NCBI GenBank assembly: GCA_017555875.1
Contig: JAFZFN010000029.1
Location: forward strand, 15,100-79,099
Source of the DNA: Bacteroidaceae bacterium
Lineage (GTDB): Bacteria; Bacteroidota; Bacteroidia; Bacteroidales; Bacteroidaceae
Direction of reading: 5' to 3'
DNA length: 64,000 nt
In this document: one piece after another, positions 58,434 through 64,000 of the stretch
How positions within the stretch are numbered: position 1 is the first letter of the stretch
How the letters are laid out: each line of letters starts with the position of its first letter
Program-made: the position numbers and the translations under genes
Notes under the pieces: model-generated
The model's input: the letters and a program-made list of their open reading frames with translations, nothing else
The model's database searches: none
Told to the model about the DNA's origin: nothing

Positions 58434-58512
58434 TTGTTTACAATTTGACGATTTGCGATTTACTATTTGTTGGTTGATTTATGATGTTGTTATTTTGCTC
58501 ATTATCGTCTTG

Positions 58513-58580
58513 GTAAATAGTAAAATAACTAAATGGTAAATAAATTGTAAATAGTAAATTTGTAAATAGTAAATAGAATT
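58513..58580. repeat. AT-rich tandem repeats (TGTAAATAGTAAAT x3-4) immediately upstream of the lon start
   Basis: ggtaaatagtaaaataactaaatggtaaataaattgtaaatagtaaatttgtaaatagtaaatag. Confidence 0.7.
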
Positions 58581-58581
58581 T

Positions 58582-61020
58582 ATGATCAAAAGCAAACTAT
58601 ATTTCGATTCGGTCGAGCCGGTAGAGACCGAACATTCAATCTCTCTCATTGCCGACTTTGATGGCAATGAGGAGACTCTCTTTGAGCAACCCCTCGATAC
58701 GGTGATGCCTATCTTGCCGTTGCGCAATATGGTGTTGTTCCCAGGCATCGTGTTGCCTGTGTCGGTGGGACGCAAGAGCTCGCTGCGCCTGATCAAGGAT
58801 GCATTCAAGCAGGAGAAGCCGCTGGGTGTGTTTTGTCAGCGCTCGTCGGAGACAGAGTCGCCCCAGCAGAAGGATCTCTATGAGATAGGTACGGCAGCCC
58901 GCGTGGTGCGCATCTTCGAGATGCCCGACCAGACAACTACGGTCATCCTGCAGGGTATGCAGCGTCTCCACTTGGCCAACATCGTCTCCACACGTCCCTA
59001 CCTGATGGGTGAGGTGGATGCGCTCACGGAGCAGTTGCCTCGTCGCAATAGCCGGGAGTTCAAGGCTACGGTGGATAGCTGCAAGGACCTTGCTGCACGA
59101 TACATCAAAGCCTCTGAGGAGATGCAGCCCGATGCGGCCTTTGCCATCAAGAACATCAGTAATGGTATGTTTCTTGTCAACTTTGTGTGCTCGAACCTCC
59201 CTTTCGATATCAAGGAGAAGATGCAGCTGCTGCAGGAGGACTCGCTGCAGGAGCGTGCTACCCATCTGCTCTCGATCCTCAACCGAGAAGTGCAATTGGC
59301 CGACCTCAAAGCGGCTATTCAGATGCGTGCAAAGGAGGATATTGACCAGCAGCAACGTGAATACTTCCTCCAGCAACAGTTGAAGAATATCCAGGATGAG
59401 CTGGGTGGTAGTGCGCAGGATCAGGATATCGCCGACCTGCGACAAAAGGCGATGATGAAGAATTGGCCTATGGAGGTGGCCGAATCCTTCTCGAAGGAGT
59501 TGATGAAACTGGAACGTATCAATCCTCAGTCGCCTGACTATAATGTGCAGCTCAACTATCTGCAGGTGATGCTCTCGCTCCCGTGGGGCGAGTATACGAC
59601 CGATAACCTTGACATGCAGAATGCTCGTCGTGTGCTCGATCGTGACCACTACGGGCTGGAGAAGGTGAAGGAGCGCATCCTCGAACATCTCGCTGTGCTC
59701 AAGATGCGTGGTGACCTCAAGTCGCCCATTCTCTGTCTCTATGGCCCTCCCGGAGTGGGTAAGACCTCGCTAGGGCGCTCTATCGCCAAAGCGCTGAAGC
59801 GTCAGTATGTGCGTGTGTCGCTCGGTGGCTTGCACGACGAAGCGGAGATTCGTGGACATCGCCGTACCTATATAGGGGCTATGCCTGGACGTATCATTAA
59901 GAGTCTGGCCAAGGCGGGTTCGTCGAATCCCGTATTTATCCTTGACGAGATAGACAAGGTGTCGCAGGCTAACCACAATGGTGACCCCTCGTCGGCACTC
60001 CTCGAGGTGCTCGACCCTGAGCAGAACAATGCCTTCCACGATAACTTCCTCGATGTGGACTATGATCTCTCGAACGTGATGTTTATCGCTACGGCTAATA
60101 ATATAGCCAACATCCCCGCACCGCTGCTCGATCGTATGGAACTCATCGAGGTGAGCGGATACATCACAGAGGAGAAAATCGAAATTGCCCGCAAACACCT
60201 CGTGCCCAAGCAGGAGGAGGCGAATGGCATCAAGAAGCGTCAGATCAAGATAGACAAGAAGGCTATCGAGGCGGTGATAGAAAACTACACCCGAGAGTCG
60301 GGAGTGCGTGAGCTGGATAAGAAGATCGGTAAGATCTTCCGTCGCTTGGCATGTAGCTATGCTACCAAGGGGTATTATAGCCATACCAATGTGAAGCCTG
60401 CCGACTTGCGTGAGCTGCTCGGTGTGCAGGAGTTCTCGCGTGACCGATACCAAGGGAATGAATATGCCGGTGTGGTGACGGGATTGGCGTGGACTGCAGT
60501 GGGGGGTGAAATCCTCTTTGTGGAGACTAGCTTGAGTCGTGGCAAGGGTAGTAAGCTCACACTCACAGGTAATCTCGGTGATGTGATGAAGGAATCGGCC
60601 ATGCTGGCCCTCGAGTATATCAAGGCGCATGCAGAGTGGCTCAATATAGACTATGAGATGTTTGACAACTACAACATCCATATCCACGTGCCCGAAGGTG
60701 CGGTGCCCAAGGATGGTCCGTCTGCTGGTATCACCATGGCTACGTCGCTTGCCTCGGCGCTCACACGCCGTAAGGTGAAGGCTAACCTTGCCATGACAGG
60801 AGAGATAAGTCTGCGTGGTAAGGTACTCCCTGTGGGAGGTATCAAGGAGAAGATCCTTGCAGCTAAACGTGCGGGCATAACGGAAATCATCCTCTGTGAA
60901 GAGAATAGGCGTAACATTGAGGAGATCCCGGAGATGTATCTTACCGGACTTACCTTCCACTATGTGACCGACATCAAAGAGGTATGGCAGATTGCATTGC
61001 TGGAGGAGAAGGTCGCATGA
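58582..61020 (+). CDS. lon: ATP-dependent Lon protease
   Basis: LON N-domain, AAA+ domain (GPPGVGKTS) and the protease domain with the catalytic Ser in DGPSAG. Confidence 0.95.
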   Translation: MIKSKLYFDSVEPVETEHSISLIADFDGNEETLFEQPLDTVMPILPLRNMVLFPGIVLPVSVGRKSSLRLIKDAFKQEKPLGVFCQRSSETESPQQKDLYEIGTAARVVRIFEMPDQTTTVILQGMQRLHLANIVSTRPYLMGEVDALTEQLPRRNSREFKATVDSCKDLAARYIKASEEMQPDAAFAIKNISNGMFLVNFVCSNLPFDIKEKMQLLQEDSLQERATHLLSILNREVQLADLKAAIQMRAKEDIDQQQREYFLQQQLKNIQDELGGSAQDQDIADLRQKAMMKNWPMEVAESFSKELMKLERINPQSPDYNVQLNYLQVMLSLPWGEYTTDNLDMQNARRVLDRDHYGLEKVKERILEHLAVLKMRGDLKSPILCLYGPPGVGKTSLGRSIAKALKRQYVRVSLGGLHDEAEIRGHRRTYIGAMPGRIIKSLAKAGSSNPVFILDEIDKVSQANHNGDPSSALLEVLDPEQNNAFHDNFLDVDYDLSNVMFIATANNIANIPAPLLDRMELIEVSGYITEEKIEIARKHLVPKQEEANGIKKRQIKIDKKAIEAVIENYTRESGVRELDKKIGKIFRRLACSYATKGYYSHTNVKPADLRELLGVQEFSRDRYQGNEYAGVVTGLAWTAVGGEILFVETSLSRGKGSKLTLTGNLGDVMKESAMLALEYIKAHAEWLNIDYEMFDNYNIHIHVPEGAVPKDGPSAGITMATSLASALTRRKVKANLAMTGEISLRGKVLPVGGIKEKILAAKRAGITEIILCEENRRNIEEIPEMYLTGLTFHYVTDIKEVWQIALLEEKVA

Positions 61021-61240
61021 CGGCAACGCTCGACTGTAGGTGAAGTCGTATTGTTTGAGGTAGGGGTGATTCGTAAGAATTGCCCCTATTGTGTTAAAAG
61101 ATGGTAAAGGAATGATTGAATTTCGACGTTTTTCTTTGCGATATCGAGAAATATGACTATATTCGCCCATGAAAGTTGATGGAATTGTTGATTGAGAAAA
61201 CATTCTTCGCTTTCGAATGTATCTATATATATAATAAGGT

Positions 61241-62128
61241 GTGCCTATGATAGCGGGATTCTTAGACTATCTGAACCTTGAACGGGCCTATTCGCCTCAC
61301 ACGGTGGCGGGCTATGAGAACGACTTGAAGGCGTTCGAGGCATACCTTGGGAATACCGAGAAGGGACTTGAACTGAAAGATGCTGATGCCGACCTGGTGA
61401 GAGGGTGGGCGATGAGTCTTATGGCCTCGGGCATGAAGGCTACCTCGGTGAATCGTAAGCTGAGTTCATTGCGTACGTTCTATAAGTACTTATTGAAAAA
61501 AGAGGTGATAAAGGTGTCGCCCCTGCAGAATGTGAGTGGACCTAAAAAAACGAAACCGCTGCCTCAGTTTGTGAGAGAGGAGGATATGGAACGTTTGCTC
61601 TCTGCTACTGCGCAGGGCGAATCGTGGCAAGAGGCGCGTGAACATGTCATCTTGCAACTCTTCTATGAGACAGGTATTCGTCTCTCTGAACTCGTTGGGC
61701 TCAACGATGCAGACGTGGATTTTGGGCGCATGGCAATAAAGGTGACGGGTAAGCGTAACAAACAGCGTATCGTACCCATCGGGCAGGGATTGGCCGATAG
61801 TCTGAAAAGGTATATGGAGTTAAGGGGTGGCGATGGACCTTCTCCTCTCTTTGTGACCGATAAAGGCAATCGTGTCTACTCGGGCTGGGTGTATCGCTTG
61901 GTGCGTAAGAACCTCTCGCAGGTGGTGACACTGAAGAAACGTAGCCCTCATGTGTTGCGTCACACCTTCGCGACGGCGATGCTGAATAATGATGCAGAGC
62001 TGGAGGCGGTGAAGGAACTGATGGGGCACGAGAGCGTGAGCACGACACAGATTTATACACACACGACGTTTGAAGAACTGAAAAAAGCATATCAACAAGC
62101 CCATCCAAGGGCCAGTATTAACCCATAA
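61241..62128 (+). CDS. xerD: Tyrosine site-specific recombinase XerC/XerD
   Basis: The N-terminal SAM-like domain begins FLDYLNLERAYSPHTV. The catalytic region shows R...HxLRHTFAT...Y. Confidence 0.85.
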   Translation: MPMIAGFLDYLNLERAYSPHTVAGYENDLKAFEAYLGNTEKGLELKDADADLVRGWAMSLMASGMKATSVNRKLSSLRTFYKYLLKKEVIKVSPLQNVSGPKKTKPLPQFVREEDMERLLSATAQGESWQEAREHVILQLFYETGIRLSELVGLNDADVDFGRMAIKVTGKRNKQRIVPIGQGLADSLKRYMELRGGDGPSPLFVTDKGNRVYSGWVYRLVRKNLSQVVTLKKRSPHVLRHTFATAMLNNDAELEAVKELMGHESVSTTQIYTHTTFEELKKAYQQAHPRASINP

Positions 62129-62145
62129 CAAAAAAGGAGGTAAGT

Positions 62146-62445
62146 ATGAAAACTAACATCCAGAGCATCCATTTCGATGCAAGTGAGCAATTGCAAGCGT
62201 TTATTGAAAAGAAGACTGCAAAGTTGGAGAAATACTTCGACGAAATAGATACAGTGGAGGTGACCCTCAAGGTAGTGAAGCCTGAAACGGCTATGAATAA
62301 GCAGGCCGACGTGAAGGTGCTGGTGAAAAATGAGAACCTCTTCGCATCGAAAGTATGTGACACATTTGAGGAGAGTGTGGACCAATGTGTCGACGCTTTG
62401 CGCATCCAACTCGAGAAATATAAAGAAAAATTGCGCGGAATGTAA
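62146..62445 (+). CDS. hpf: Ribosome hibernation promoting factor / RaiA
   Basis: 99 aa, MKTNIQSIHFDASEQLQAFIEKK; fits the HPF short-form family. Confidence 0.85.
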   Translation: MKTNIQSIHFDASEQLQAFIEKKTAKLEKYFDEIDTVEVTLKVVKPETAMNKQADVKVLVKNENLFASKVCDTFEESVDQCVDALRIQLEKYKEKLRGM

Positions 62446-62535
62446 AAAAAAAGCTGAAACCTTTTGCAGGTTTGAAATAAATGCTTAATTTTGCAGCCGT
62501 TTTCAGCCCCGTTCGCTGGACGGCTGCTTAAAACC

Positions 62536-62609
62536 GCCTCTTTAGCTCAGTTGGCCAGAGCACGTGATTTGTAATCTCGGGGTCGTTGGTTCGAATCCGA
62601 CAAGAGGCT
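62536..62609 (+). tRNA. tRNA-Thr (anticodon UGU)
   Basis: Acceptor GCCTCTT/AAGAGGC, anticodon loop TTTGTAA, T-loop TTCGAAT. There is one U-U mismatch in the anticodon stem. Confidence 0.7.
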
Positions 62610-62640
62610 CAAAAGAAAGTGATCTTTAAATTATTGAATC

Positions 62641-62723
62641 GGGCAAATTCCAGAGTGGCCAAATGGGGCAGACTGTAAATCTGCTGTCTTTCGACTTCGG
62701 TGGTTCGAATCCATCTTTGCCCA
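62641..62723 (+). tRNA. tRNA-Tyr (anticodon GUA), with a long variable arm
   Basis: Acceptor GGGCAAA/TTTGCCC, anticodon stem GCAGA/TCTGC, loop CTGTAAA, class II variable arm. Confidence 0.8.
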
Positions 62724-62736
62724 CACTCAGAAAGAT

Positions 62737-62809
62737 GCGGAAGTAGCTCAGTTGATAGAGCATTAGCCTTCCAAGCTGAGGGTCGCGGGTTTGAGCCCCG
62801 TCTTCCGCT
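62737..62809 (+). tRNA. tRNA-Gly (anticodon UCC)
   Basis: Acceptor GCGGAAG/CTTCCGC and anticodon loop CTTCCAA. Confidence 0.8.
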
Positions 62810-62820
62810 CTTTTGATGTT

Positions 62821-62892
<72 letters not shown>

Positions 62893-62942
62893 CTTTTTTT
62901 TGTATATAATTATAAAGTAGAAATACATTTATTAATAAATAC

Positions 62943-64000
62943 TTAAGTTATAAAAGCTATGGCAAAAGAAAAATTTGAACGTTCAAAACCGCATGTAAAC
63001 ATCGGTACTATCGGTCACGTTGACCATGGTAAGACTACTCTTACTGCTGCCATCACAACTGTATTGGCTAGCCGTGGTCTTTCTGAGAAGCGCGATTTCG
63101 ATTCAATCGACAATGCTCCCGAGGAGAAAGAGCGTGGTATCACTATTAACACTGCTCACGTTGAGTACGAAACAGCTAACCGTCACTATGCACACGTAGA
63201 CTGTCCGGGTCACGCCGACTACGTTAAGAACATGGTAACTGGTGCTGCTCAGATGGACGGTGCTATCATCGTATGTGCTGCTACTGACGGTCCTATGCCT
63301 CAGACTCGTGAGCACATCCTTCTCGCTCGTCAGGTAAACGTTCCCCGTCTCGTTGTGTTCTTGAACAAGTGCGATATGGTTGACGATGCTGAAATGCTCG
63401 AGCTCGTTGAGATGGAGATGGTTGAGCTCCTCACCTCTTACGACTTCGAAGAGGATACTCCTATCATCCGTGGTTCTGCTCTCGGCGCGTTGAACGGCGT
63501 TGCTCAGTGGGAAGACAAGGTAATGGAGTTGATGGAAGCTTGTGACAACTGGATCCAGGAGCCTCCCCGCGATAAGGATAAGCCCTTCTTGATGCCCGTT
63601 GAGGACGTGTTCTCAATCACAGGTCGTGGTACTGTTGCTACAGGTCGTATCGAGACTGGTGTTATCAAGGTAGGTGATGCTGTTCAGATTCTCGGTCTTG
63701 GTGAGGATAAGAACTCAACTGTTACTGGTGTTGAGATGTTCCGTAAGCTCCTCGATCAGGGTGAAGCTGGTGACAACGTAGGTTTGTTGCTCCGCGGTAT
63801 CGACAAGAACGAGATCAAGCGCGGTATGGTTATCACACACCCCGGTGTAATCAAGCCCCACTCTAAGTTCAAGGCTTCAATCTACGTATTGAAGAAAGAG
63901 GAAGGTGGTCGTCACACTCCGTTCGGTAACAAGTATCGTCCTCAGTTCTACCTCCGTACAATGGACTGTACAGGTGAGATTCACCTCCCCGAGGGTACTG
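62943..64000 (+). CDS. tuf: Elongation factor Tu. The 3' end is truncated by the window end.
   Basis: [33 protein letters not shown]...DCPGHADY. Preceded by the canonical Bacteroidota Thr-Tyr-Gly-Thr tRNA cluster. Confidence 0.95.

Noticed and set aside
58636-61203. Long antisense ORFs within lon (58636..59688 and 59770..61203)
   Set aside because: They are shadow ORFs of the lon coding strand. Their composition is biased (His/Leu-rich) and there are no homology cues.
61241-62128. XerC/D-type recombinase as an integrase that marks a mobile element
   Set aside because: It is followed by hpf and the tRNA-tuf cluster in conserved Bacteroidota housekeeping synteny. No attachment-site repeats or cargo genes were seen.

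Overview
The window looks like a Bacteroidota chromosome segment, probably from a Prevotella-like organism. Supporting signals are the TAnnTTTG/-33 TTTG promoter boxes, T9SS C-terminal sorting domains, a PorX-type regulator, and the tRNA-Thr/Tyr/Gly/Thr cluster followed by tuf. Most of the window is housekeeping. From left to right the identifiable genes are: rubrerythrin, a fused ABC exporter, dnaE, a PorX-like regulator, tsaE, ftsX, a DUF3098 protein, uppP, truB, queA, folK, an acyl-CoA ligase, a LytTR membrane protein, yceD-rpmF, era, der, rplS, gyrB, a YgiQ radical-SAM protein, a flotillin/NfeD pair, tRNA-Gln, tyrS, ddl, a transglutaminase/LRR lipoprotein, rluD, a PASTA protein, an MlaEF-like ABC pair, lpdA, a roughly 1200-aa T9SS surface protein, rpsU, tRNA-Pro, mraY, murD, lon, xerC/D, hpf, four tRNAs and the start of tuf. 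An accessory-looking block at about 23.9-33.3 kb carries two paralogous TonB-C-domain proteins, a BlaI/BlaR1(M56)-TonB pair, an ECF sigma/anti-sigma pair (its second gene is only tentatively an anti-sigma factor) with two DUF4252-like genes, and a 900-bp motif-dense non-coding region. The most unusual thing visible directly in the sequence is an 87-bp nested palindromic element present in-frame inside two unrelated coding sequences, the putative anti-sigma factor and the YgiQ radical-SAM gene. Other palindromic or tandem intergenic repeat families are also present: CCTAGG decamer arrays, a GC-rich nested palindrome, inverted repeats flanking era, 22-bp iterons, and a duplicated ribosomal-protein promoter cassette. 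No CRISPR array, rRNA gene, transposase or recognisable defence system was seen.
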